A DNA stretch of 64,000 nt, from contig OZ024759.1 of assembly GCA_964016885.1 (NCBI GenBank), positions 12,524,001 through 12,588,000 of the forward strand, given 5' to 3'. This DNA comes from Eledone cirrhosa (taxonomy: Eukaryota). The translations under genes and the position numbers were made by a program. Positions 51,801 through 64,000 of the stretch are shown one piece after another. The notes under the pieces were generated by a model. It was not told where the DNA came from. It saw only the letters and a program-made list of their open reading frames with translations, and searched no databases. Within the stretch, counting starts at the first letter, position 1, and every line of letters starts with the position of its first letter.

Positions 51801-54672
51801 TACTACAAGCTAGTATATATATATAACATACCAATATACTATACTACTGTTGTAGTTAGTACTACAAGCTAGTATATATATAACATACCAATATACTATA
51901 CTACTGTTGTAGGTAGTACTACAAGCTAGTATATATATAACATACCAATATACTATACTACTGTTGTAGGTAGTACTACAAGCTAGTATATATATATATA
52001 ACATACCAATATACTATACTACTGCTGTAGGTAGTACTACAAGCTAGTATATATATAACATACCAATATACTATACTACTGTTGTAGTTAGTACTACAAG
52101 CTAGTATATATATAACATACCAATATACTATACTATTGTTGTAGGTAGTACTACAAGCTAGTATATATATAACATACCAATATACTATTCTACTGTTGTA
52201 GTTAGTACTACAAGCTAGTATATATATAACATACCAATATACTATACTACTGTTGTAGTTAGTACTACAAGCTAGTATATATATAACATACCAATATACT
52301 ATACTACTGTTGTAGGTAGTACTACAAGCTAGTATATATATAACATACCAATATACTATACTACTGTTGTAGGTAGTACTACAAGCTAGTATATATAACA
52401 TACCAATATACTATACTACTGTTGTAGGTAGTACTACAAGCTAGTATATATATAACATACCAATATACTATACTACTGTTGTAGGTAGTACTACAAGCTA
52501 GTATATATATATATAACATACCAATATACTATACTACTGCTGTAGGTAGTACTACAAGCTAGTATATATATAACATACCAATATACTATACTACTGTTGT
52601 AGGTAGTACTACAAGCTAGTATATATAATATACCAATATACTATACTACTGTTGTAGGTAGTACTACAAGCTAGTATATATATATAACATACCAATATAC
52701 TATACTACTGTTGTAGGTAGTACTACAAGCTAGTATATATAATATACCAATATACTATACTACTGTTGTAGGTAGTACTACAAGCTAGTATATATATAAC
52801 ATACCAATATACTATACTACTGTTGTAGGTAGTACTACAAGCTAGTATATATATAACATACCAATATACTATACTACTGTTGTAGGTAGTACTACAAGCT
52901 AGTATATATATAACATACCAATATACTATACTACTGCTGTAGGTAGTACTACAAGCTAGTATATATAATATACCAATATACTATACTACTGTTGTAGGTA
53001 GTACTACAAGCTAGTATATATAATATACCAATATACTATGCTACTGTTGTAGGTAGTACTACAAGCTAGTATATATAACATACCAATATACTATACTACT
53101 GTTGTAAGTAGTACTACAAGCTAGTATATATATAACATACCAATATACTATACTACTGTTGTAGGTAGTACTACAAGCTAGTATATATAACATACCAATA
53201 TACTATACTACTGTTGTAGGTAGTACTACAAGCTAGTATATATATAACATACCAATATACTATACTACTGTTGTAGGTAGTACTACAAGCTAGTATATAT
53301 ATATATAACATACCAATATACTATACTACTGTTGTAGGTAGTACTACAAGCTAGTATATATAACATACCAATATACTATACTACTGTTGTAGGTAGTACT
53401 ACAAGCTAGTATATATAACATACCAATATACTATACTACTGTTGTAAGTAGTACTACAAGCTAGTATATATAACATACCAATATACTATACTACTGTTGT
53501 AGGTAGTACTACAAGCTAGTATATATATAACATACCAATATACTATACTACTGTTGTAGGTAGTACTACAAGCTAGTATATATATATATAACATACCAAT
53601 ATACTATACTACTGTTGTAGGTAGTACTACAAGCTAGTATATATATAACATACCAATATACTATACTACTGTTGTAGGTAGTACTACAAGCTAGTATATA
53701 TATATATAACATACCAATATACTATACTACTGTTGTAGGTAGTACTACAAGCTAGTATATATATATATAACATACCAATATACTATACTACTGTTGTAGG
53801 TAGTACTACAAGCTAGTATATATATATATAACATACCAATATACTATACTACTGTTGTAGGTAGTACTACAAGCTAGTATATATAACATACCAATATACT
53901 ATACTACTGTTGTAGGTAGTACTACAAGCTAGTATATATATAACATACCAATATACTATACTACTGTTGTAGTTAGTACTACAAGCTAGTATATATATAA
54001 CATACCAATATACTATACTACTGTTGTAGGTAGTACTACAAGCTAGTATATATATAACATACCAATATACTATACTACTGTTGTAGGTAGTACTACAAGC
54101 TAGTATATATAACATACCAATATACTATACTACTGTTGTAGGTAGTACTACAAGCTAGTATATATAACATACCAATATACTATACTACTGTTGTAGGTAG
54201 TACTACAAGCTAGTATATATATAACATACCAATATACTATACTACTGTTGTAGGTAGTACTACAAGCTAGTATATATATAACATACCAATATACTATACT
54301 ACTGTTGTAGGTAGTACTACAAGCTAGTATATATATAACATACCAATATACTATACTACTGTTGTAGTTAGTACTACAAGCTAGTATATATATAACATAC
54401 CAATATACTATACTACTGTTGTAGGTAGTACTACAAGCTAGTATATATAACATACCAATATACTATACTACTGTTGTAGGTAGTACTACAAGCTAGTATA
54501 TATAACATACCAATATACTATACTACTGTTGTAGGTAGTACTACAAGCTAGTATATATAACATACCAATATACTATACTACTGTTGTAGGTAGTACTACA
54601 AGCTAGTATATATAACATACCAATATACTATACTACTGTTGTAGGTAGTACTACAAGCTAGTATATATATAT
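48868..54672. repeat. 55-59 bp satellite, two subfamilies, with higher-order duplication
   Basis: 56-bp units to about 49610, then ~57-bp units with variable (TA)n; identical ORF translations offset by 1879 bp. Confidence 0.97.
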
Positions 54673-54893
54673 ATATATAATTGTTTCTACTTTTGGCACA
54701 AGGCCAGCAATTATCCCAGTACATTACTGGTACTTTATTTTATCGACCCCGTAAGGATGAAAGGCAAAGTAAACCTCGGTGGGAATTGAACTCAGATCGT
54801 AAAGGGACGTAACTATGCTGGAAAGCATATCCTACCCTCTACCGATACTGCCAATTCACCGCCCTTTATATATATATATATAATGGCCTAAAG

Positions 54894-55174
54894 TCTAAAG
54901 TCTTTCTTAAGCCTGGAGTTCTCATCAGGTCGGTGCTTATCCTGGTTTCATGACGTGAAGCGACTGAGAGCGCAAGACTGCCCCCTGGACAGGACACCAG
55001 TCCATGACGGGGTTTAAACCCCCGGTATTGCTGGTACTCGTTTACAGCTGAGTATACTGGAGCAACGTGAAAATGAAGTGCTTTGCTCAAGAACACAAAA
55101 CACAACCCAGGAATCGAGCCTACAACATTATAATCATAAATCCAACACCCTCACCACAAGGCCATGTACCTCCA
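54894..55174 (-). mobile_element. tRNA-derived SINE family B
   Basis: Reverse homologue of 152-408. Confidence 0.7.
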
Positions 55175-55534
55175 CATATAAAATGGTAATGGTACCAATA
55201 TACTACCATTGATATAACATACCAATATATTATACTACTGTTGTAGGTAGAGATAATATAAAATGGTAATGGTACCAATATACTACCATTGATATAACAT
55301 ACCAATATATTATACTACTGTTGTAGGTAGAGATAATATAAAATGGTACTGGTACCAATATCAAAGACCCCTTTCAGTCACGAACGACCATGTGATTTAC
55401 ACCTAGAAATTTTCCCTCCGAGGTTGTTTGTAGAAGACCAGCAGTTGCCCATGTATACCATCTCCCCTCTCCCTGCCACCGATGATGTCCAAGGGAAAGG
55501 CAATGGCTGATACAGCTTGGTACCAGTGACATCT

Positions 55535-55957
55535 CAACTCATTTCTACAGCTGAGTAAACTGGAGCAACATGAAATAAAGTGTCTTGCTCAAGGACACAA
55601 CACATCACCTGGTTTGAGAATCGAACTCACAACCTTTCGATTGCAAGCCCAATGCTCTAACCATTAAGCCATGTGCCCTCACAGCACCAATATACTACCA
55701 TTGATGCCCTTCCTAACACCAACCTCATTTACAGTCAGTGCTGGGTGCTTTCTTTCCGTGGCACCTCCACGACCACTTTACAGTGGAATGATATGGACCC
55801 CAGTCCTACCATCTCATTTCTACAGCTGAGTAAACTGGAGCAATGTGAAATAAAGTGTCTTGCTCAAGGAAACAACACACCACCAGGTCCAAGAATTGAA
55901 CTCACATCCTTTCGATTGCAAGGCCAATGCTCTAACCACTAAGCCATGTGCCTTCCA
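55535..55957 (-). mobile_element. Two tandem SINE A-related copies
   Basis: Heads at about 55680 and 55957. Confidence 0.75.
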
Positions 55958-56019
55958 TTGTAGGTAGTAATACATGCTAGAGAGAGATACAATGGCAATA
56001 ATATCAATATAATTCTCTT

Positions 56020-56440
56020 AGTCTTAGGTTCTAATGCACTTTTCGTCACATCGAGCAGTAAGTGGATGCCAACAGTCACAATCAGGGGCGGCTTTTTAAT
56101 GTCCATGCCAAGTGATGTTGGCCGCCACCAGGTCTTTTTGGAATGTCTGTCACCAGTGATCCTGGGGCAACCCCACTTCTGTTTGCCACCAGATCAAGTC
56201 CAGTTCATTGCTGTTTTCAAGTATCGTTTGTTTGACCAGGTACAGAATATGGCCAGCTAGGCGGCACCAGCGTTGTGTGACCACCCTTTGCAGTGTCCAC
56301 GACTCGGCACTCCTCAGGATTTCCTCGTTTCGCACTGAGTCGCTCCGGGACACACGAAGGATCCTTCGCAGGCACTGCTGGTGGAATGCGTTCGGCTGTC
56401 TCTCTATATTTGCTGTGCTCTTCCAGGTTTCGCTTGCGTA
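56020..56440 (-). mobile_element. Degenerate RTE-like RT C-terminal fragment
   Basis: VRNEEIL...RWCRLAGHIL motif. Confidence 0.6.
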
Positions 56441-56441
56441 A

Positions 56442-57950
56442 ATATACTACCATTGATATAACATACCAATATACTATACTACTGTTGTAGTTAGTAATAG
56501 ATGGTAGATATATACAATATACCAGTATACTATACTACTGTTGTAGTTAGTAATACATGGTAGATATATACAACATACCAGTATACTATACTACTGTTGT
56601 AGTTAGTAATACATGGTAGATATATACAACATACCAGTATACTATACTACTGTTGTAGTTAGTAATACATGGTAGATATATACAACATACCAGTATACTA
56701 TACTACTGTTGTAGTTAGTAATACATGGTAGATATATATAACATACCAGTATACTATACTACTGTTGTAGTTAGTAATAGATGGTAGATATATACAACAT
56801 ACCAGTATACTATACTACTGTTGTAGTTAGTAATACATGGTAGATATATACAACATACCAGTATACTATACTACTGTTGTAGTTAGTAATACATGGTAGA
56901 TATATACAACATACCAGTATACTATACTACTGTTGTAGTTAGTAATACATGGTAGATATATACAACATACCAGTATACTATACTACTGTTGTAGTTAGTA
57001 ATACATGGTAGATATATATAACATACCAGTATACTATACTACTGTTGTAGTTAGTAATACATGGTAGATATATATAACATACCAGTATACTATACTACTG
57101 TTGTAGTTAGTAATACATGGTAGATATATATAACATACCAATATACTATACTACTGTTGTAGTTAATAATACATGGTAGATATATACAATATACCAGTAT
57201 ACTATACTACTGTTGTAGTTAGTAATACATGGTAGATAGATACAACATACCAGTATACTATACTACTGTTGTAGTTAATAATACATGGTAGATATATATA
57301 ACATACCAATATACTATACTACTGTTGTAGTTAGTAATACATGGTAGATATATATAACATACCAGTATACTATACTACTGTTGTAGTTAGTAATACATGG
57401 TAGATATATATAACATACCAATATACTATACTACTGTTGTAGTTAGTAATAGATGGTAGATATATACAATATACCAGTATACTATACTACTGTTGTAGTT
57501 AGTAATACATGGTAGATATATACAACATACCAGTATACTATACTACTGTTGTAGTTAATAATACATGGTAGATATATATAACATACCAATATACTATACT
57601 ACTGTTGTAGTTAGTAATACATGGTAGATATATATAACATACCAGTATACTATACTACTGTTGTAGTTAGTAATACATGGTAGATATATATAACATACCA
57701 ATATACTATACTACTGTTGTAGTTAATAATTGTTTCTACTTTAGGCACAAGGCCAGCAATTACCCAGTGCATTACTGGTACTTTATTTTATCGACCCCAT
57801 AAGGATGAAAGGCAAAGTCAACCTCGGCGGGATTTGAACTCAGATCGTAAAGGGACGTAACTCTGCTGGAAAGCATGGCGTCCGACCCTCTACACTACTG
57901 TTGTAGTTAGTAATACATGGTAGATATATACAACATACCAGTATACTACC
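56442..57950. repeat. 56-bp satellite, third subfamily
   Basis: ACCAGTATACTATACTACTGTTGTAGTTAGTAATACATGGTAGATATATACAACAT units; shares its core with 48868-54672. Confidence 0.95.
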
Positions 57951-58021
57951 ATTATAATGGACACACAAATGTTAGTGTGTTGCAAGATTCTCGTTCAATA
58001 GTTATTTTAACCCTTTCATTA

Positions 58022-58532
58022 CTACCATACTCTGAGCGCCTTGCTTCCCTGGGCATGGATACATTGAAGCTCCGACACCTGGCAACTGACTTGGTAAACA
58101 CCCACAAAATTGTTAACCATGTTGCCAACAACAACCCTGAGTACCTTTTTGATTTCCATGTGTCTAACACACGTGGACATGCCCACAAAGTCAGAAAACA
58201 GCACAGTTCCCATGACTTTCGGAAACATTTTTTCACGCTCAGAGTTGTTGAAGCATGGAACAAACTACCTGCATCAGTTGTTAGCTGTCGAGACACTGCA
58301 TCCTTTAAGGCCTCCATGGAACAAACTACCTGCACCAGTTGTTAGCTGTCGAGACACTGCATCCTTTAAGGCCTCCATGCTTCCCGAGATCCGCCAACAC
58401 TACAGCTAACACATACACACAAGTACTTTCCTGACATTTGTGTATTATTCTATGTACTATACATACACCTTTGATGAGTTGTAGTGCACCTGAGCACTTT
58501 ACACAATAATTTCATTATTATTATTATTATTA
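58022..58532 (+). mobile_element. CR1-group LINE 3' end
   Basis: PYSERLASLGMDTLKLR...TRGH...FFTLRVVEAWNKLP; (ATT)n tail. Confidence 0.82.
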
Positions 58533-59480
58533 ATTACCATATTTCTAATGAAAGACACTGTCTATGTCATTAACCCTTTCATTACCATATTTCTAATGAA
58601 AGACACTGTTTATGTCATTAACCCTTTCCTCTCCATATTTCTAATATATATAATGATATAATATAATGAAATTATTGTGTACAGTGCTCAGGTGCACTAC
58701 AACTCATCAAAGGTGCATGTATAGTACATAGAATAATGTACAAATGTCAGGAAAATGAACAGTGTATGAGTCATGATATAATAACAATAACAATAATGAA
58801 ATATTGTGTACAGTGCCCAGGTGCACCACAACTCATCAAAAAAGTGCATGTACAGTACATAGGGCAATGCACAAACATCAGTAAAATGAACAGTGCACGA
58901 GTCATGATACACACATGTGTGCATGTGTATGGAAGGGGTACATCAGGTGTAGTTTTGGCGTATTTCGGGAAGCATGAGTGTCTTAAAGGATGCAGTGTCT
59001 CGGCAGCTAACAATTGACGCAGGCAGTTTGTTCCATGCTTCAGCAACTCTGGGCGTGAAAAAATGTCTACGAAAGTCATGGGAGCTGTGCTGTTTTCTGA
59101 TCTTGTAGGCATGTCCACGTGTGTTAGACACATGGAGATCAAAGAGGCGCTCAGAAAGACACTGTCTATGTCATTAACCCTTTCATTAACATATTTCTAA
59201 TGAAAGACACTGTCTATGTCATTAACCCTTTCATTACCATATTTCTAATGAAAGACACTACCTATGTCATTAACCCTTTCCCCTCCATATTTCTAATGAA
59301 AGACACTGTCTATGTCATTAACCCTTTCATTAACATATTTCTAATGAAAGACACTACCTATGTCATTAACCCTTTCCCCTCCATATTTCTAATGAAAGAC
59401 ACTGTCTATGTCATTAACCCTTTCCTCTCCATATTTCTAATGAAAGACACTATGTCATTAACCCTTTCACTACCATATTT
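58533..59480. repeat. 48-bp minisatellite containing TTAACCCTTT, split by a CR1 fragment (58660-59152, minus)
   Basis: CATTAACCCTTTCATTACCATATTTCTAATGAAAGACACTGTCTATGT units. Confidence 0.85.
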
Positions 59481-59628
59481 ACAGTGTGGGCTCGGTGCTT
59501 TTTGTCTATACTGCTAGCTATGTACACAACAAGGATATTTTCTCTACATTACCATATCTTCCACACCACTGTCTTTTCTTACTACGTCTGAATTTGCTGC
59601 TGACATATCTCTGAGAAATGCCATTTAA

Positions 59629-59835
59629 CCTATTAGCATTTAAACCAGTCGTATCCAGGCAGGATTGTCTGACCTCTTTCTGTTCAAACCGGCCATAACC
59701 GACTGCTCATACATATGTTAAGGTATTGTTCTCAAAATAAATAATATCATATCTCGTAGATTCGATATTATGTGAGATAAGGTGTTTACCGTGAAAATAT
59801 AATAGTATATATAGAATAAAGTAAACGCTAATGGG
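59629..59835. mobile_element. piggyBac-type MITE (unexpanded)
   Basis: TTAA|CCTATTAGCATTTA ... TAAACGCTAATGGG|TTAA; homologous to 444-1184. Confidence 0.72.
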
Positions 59836-59944
59836 TTAATTCTTGACATCCTGTAATGATTTAGCAGAAAATATCTAAAAATGAGTTTGTTAATTCAAAT
59901 ACTTGTAGCATCTTTATCTTTACTAGTAAACAGATTGTTGTATT

Positions 59945-60342
59945 AGAATAGCACAGCTCCCATGACTTCCAGAAACATTTTTTCACGCTCAGAGTTGCTG
60001 AAGCATGCAACAAACTACCTTCATCAATTGTTAGCTGTTGGGACACTGCATCCTTTAAAATCTCCATGCAACAAACTACCTTCATCAATTGTTAGCTGTT
60101 GGGACACTGCATCCTTTAAAATCTCCATGCAACAAACTACCTTCATCAATTGTTAGCTGTTGGGACACTGCACCCTTTAAAATCTCCATGCTTCCTGAAA
60201 TTTTCCAACACTACACCTAATATTCCCCTCCATACACTGTTCACTTTCCTGACATTTGTACATTATTCTATGTACTATACATGCACCTTTGATGAGTTAT
60301 AGTGCACCTGAGCACTGCGCACAATCATTTTCCTTATTATAT
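59945..60342 (+). mobile_element. CR1-group 3' end with triplicated 61-bp segment
   Basis: Homologous to 58195-58520. Confidence 0.78.
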
Positions 60343-60843
60343 TTAATGTGATGCAGTCATAGTGTTGTTTTGTACTAAATGTTTATAGTATCTTTACTAG
60401 TGGAGAGATTGTTGTGAAAATTTGCAGTATTATAGTAAAGACTATGATATTTGATGTGATGCAGTCATACAAGAATGTGGTTCCATGTGGTACAGGACGT
60501 TATGAGTTAATGTTGGCAAGGACAGTCTTATAGTGCGACTTGAAGCCAGGCTGTAGCGGGTTGTAGCTCAATGTAGCCGTGACATTCTCACCTCTACCCT
60601 ACCATATCTTCCACACTGATGTCCTCTAATTACAAAATTTGTATTAGCTACTGACCTATCGATGATAAATGGTATTTAATGTTGACTGTCTGGCTGTCTA
60701 CCTGTCTGTCAGTCTGTCTGTTTGTCTGTCCATCTGTCTGTCTGTCTGTCTGTCCATCTATCCGTCTGTCTCTCTGTCAGTCTGTCTGTTAAAGGTCACA
60801 CAGATGTGTTTTTATGTTCATTTCCAGCTTTCCAACTTTACAG

Positions 60844-60855
60844 TGAAACATTGGG
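60844..60855 (+). other. Candidate microexon (12 nt, or 28 nt from 60828)
   Basis: TTTTTATGTTCATTTCCAG/CTTTCCAACTTTACAG|TGAAACATTGGG|GTAAGT. Confidence 0.4.
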
Positions 60856-61087
60856 GTAAGTTTGAGTGTGACATAGAGACACTCTCAAAGTCGAGTGTGA
60901 GTGGCACATTTTTGAACCGTCGAGTGTGAGTGAGACACTGCTGCTAAGTCGAGTGTGAGTGAGGCACTGGTGTAAAGTCGAGTATGAGTGAGACATTACT
61001 ATCTACTTCAGTGGTAAACAGTCTCACTCAACACTGGTTTAACACTGCAACCTGGCTCTTGGGTACCTTTAGCATATATATATATGT

Positions 61088-61512
61088 ATCATCATCATCA
61101 TCATCATCACCGTTTTACGTCCGTTCTTCCACGCTAGCATGGGTTAGACGGGTTGTCCTGCTGTGGGCAGTGTCTGGTCGGCTGACCATGCCTTGCTCAT
61201 ACAGGAACTGATTTGGCTTGATTTCTACAGCTGGATGCCCTTCCTAACATCAACCTCATTTACATTGAGTGCTGGGTGCTTTTTCGTGGCGCCTACACGT
61301 CCACTTTACAGTGTGGGCTGGGTGCTTTTTTGCCGTGGCACCTCCACGACCACCTTGCGGTGGGGGGTGTGGGGGCATATTGTCTATATGCTTCAGCTTG
61401 TACCCATGGGAGGTCGGGTACTCTGTATTACTGCGTGACGCCAGAAGTCACGGTCGTGTGTCATTGCCTTTGAGAGGTGTAATTGGGTAAGGTCGGCTTT
61501 TATCACCTCATC
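61088..61512 (-). mobile_element. RTE-clade LINE 3' end
   Basis: Reverse copy of 16330-16750. Confidence 0.82.
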
Positions 61513-61545
<33 letters not shown>

Positions 61546-61679
61546 GCAGAGGTTATATTTAATTTGTTGGGATTCAACAAGCTTAAACATTTTTATAACT
61601 GATATAAAGCACTCAACAATTTAGTGGCGTAAATACACAATATATTAATAAATGGAAACTATATTTATAAAACCATATT

Positions 61680-61745
61680 TATTTTATTATACATATTTCA
61701 AGGGCAACCAAGGCAAATTATGGTGCGCTTTCATCAGATAAAATA
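61680..61745 (-). ncRNA. Type I hammerhead ribozyme (family 2) within palindrome 61637-61929
   Basis: TATTTTAT-CTGATGA-AAGCGCACCA..TGGTTGCCCTT-GAAA-TATGTA-TA-ATAAAATA, perfect 8-bp stem I; the plus-arm copy has TG at the cleavage site. Confidence 0.72.
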
Positions 61746-61928
61746 CAGATTTGTTTTATAAATAAATATTGACATACCCGGAAAAAAAGACAACCTTAAC
61801 GGTTGGAGCTTCCTGGATAATATTTTATCTGATGAAAGTGCACCATTATTTGCCTTGGTTGCCTTTGAAATATGTATGATAAAATAAATATGGTTTTATA
61901 AATATAGTTTCCATGTATTAATATATTG

Positions 61929-61987
<59 letters not shown>

Positions 61988-62159
61988 TATTAACTGTCAA
62001 TAAATCAACTAATCAATGAATGAACATCATAACCTCCTAACTTTTCTTTCTTTCACTATCTTTCCCTAAATCTATTCCCCTCTTACATTATATCATTTCA
62101 TATTCTCTTCACTTCGACATAACTTCCAATTTATTAATTTATTAATTTGACCAATACAT

Positions 62160-62918
62160 ACAGCTGTATAAAAAAGTGCAGGGCGATCAAAATAGATGGA
62201 AGCTACGGAGTAGGTAGACCCTGAAAAACCTGGGACGATTTGATAAATTCCGACCTTACACACTTACACCTCTCCAAGACAATGTCACTGGACTGAGATC
62301 TTTGGCGCTACGCAATAATACAGAAGACCCGCATTGCCTAAGTACAAAGCGAAACCTACAGTCAGTAGGCACCTCCTAACCAAAAATACACCCCCATCCT
62401 ATTACCCCTACCCCCAACCCATCTACACCACCCCTTTCTCTGTAAAGTTATGTTGGTACCACAACATCCAATCCTAAATAATGTCACTGGACTGAGATCT
62501 TTGGCGCTACACAGTAATAGAGAAGACCCGCCTTACCTAAGTACAAAGTGAAACCTACTACAGTCAGTAGGCACCTCTAACAAAATACACCCCGTCCCAC
62601 TACCCCCACCCCATCCACACCACCCCTTTCAATGTAAAGTTATGTTGGTACCACAACATCCAGTCCGAAACAAATGTGGTCGTGTAGGTGTCACGACAAA
62701 AAAAACACACAGTCCACGCTGTAATGTGGCCGTGTAGGTAACATGGTAAAAACCTCCCAGTCCACACTGTAAACGTGGTTGGTGTTAGGAAGGGCATCCA
62801 GCCGTAGAAAACCTACCAGACAGTCCTATATGAGCAAGACGACCAATCTTGCCTCAAGTGGGACAATTCCTGTCTAAACCCATGTTAGCGTGGAAGATAG
62901 ATGTTAAACGATGATGAT
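62160..62918 (+). mobile_element. RTE-clade LINE 3' end with ~200-bp internal duplication
   Basis: Homologous to 22880-23454. Confidence 0.78.
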
Positions 62919-63387
62919 ATATTTAATATTTTCATGTTTATACCATCACATCTTTATATTTTAACCACCAACACCACAACTATTTTCAACAATCATATTA
63001 GATTCACTTTTCTTCGTACACATAAACATTTTTTTAATTTATTTTTTATCATCTTCATTCTAACTTATTTATTATTATTATTTATTTATTATTTTTCTTT
63101 ATCTTTTTTTTCTTCTTTATTTTTCTCTCTCTCTTTTTCTTTCTTTATTACTGATGTTGTGATTTGAATTTTCTTAGTATATTGCAAACGCTGTGTATAA
63201 TTTTAATCAGTTTTTCTGATGATTTGGTTAAGCATACATTGTATTTAAAATTGAGTGACAACTTCAAGTGATTAGCAATTTTTAGACAACTTAATCAATG
63301 AAACAATTGTTAATACTGTAAATAAAACCCTTTTTATACTGTTGACCATGTTATTCTTCACTCTTTCACTATATATGTATATCTATA

Positions 63388-63436
<49 letters not shown>

Positions 63437-63451
63437 GTATATGTATTTATG

Positions 63452-63550
<99 letters not shown>

Positions 63551-63597
63551 ATATATATGTATGTATGTATATATATATGTATGTATGTATATGTATG

Positions 63598-63668
<71 letters not shown>

Positions 63669-63691
63669 GTATGTATATATATGTATGTATG

Positions 63692-63724
<33 letters not shown>

Positions 63725-64000
63725 GTATGTATATATATGTATATATATATATGTATGTATATATATGTATATATATGTATGTATATATATGTGTATATGT
63801 ATGTATATATATGTTTATATATGTGTATATATATGTATATATATGCAGGACTAAAAACAAAACCTGTCAAAGGGCAAAGGTGCTCTTAAGAGTCAATGGC
63901 CATCCAAAATCACCGGGAGAGATGACCCCTTAGCCTTTGTCAAGGCAGAATTCTAGGAGAAGGAAAACTCTGATATAACACCTGCAACCCAGATGGTATC

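Noticed and set aside
48868-54672. CRISPR-like regular array
   Set aside because: No unique spacers and no cas genes; it is a eukaryotic satellite

Overview
This is AT-rich, repeat-saturated eukaryotic (animal) DNA. The tRNA-derived SINEs, RTE/CR1 tails and (TA)n load resemble octopus/cephalopod genomes, which is an inference. Most ORFs in the track are microsatellite artefacts. There are two real coding units. (1) A minus-strand, intact 416-aa ORF (5978-7228) preceded by canonical short introns and ending on a splice donor. Its C-terminal ~300 aa carries motifs I recognise as resembling a parvovirus (hamaparvovirus/densovirus-type) capsid protein, behind a host-like poly-Q/P N-terminus, with no NS1/Rep or viral termini nearby. 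It is a candidate domesticated viral capsid gene and the top finding. (2) A full-length Tx1/L1-clade retrotransposon (35055-41034) with one frameshift and one nested insertion. It and two truncated relatives all sit in TCTG/TCTA repeats. The window also holds many fold-back palindromes, mostly in (TA)n tracts, several carrying type I hammerhead ribozyme motifs (Penelope-like element termini). Other contents are a Helitron, hAT, pogo and piggyBac MITEs, several SINE families, and large satellites, one with a 1879-bp higher-order duplication. All family assignments are by eye; no searches were run.
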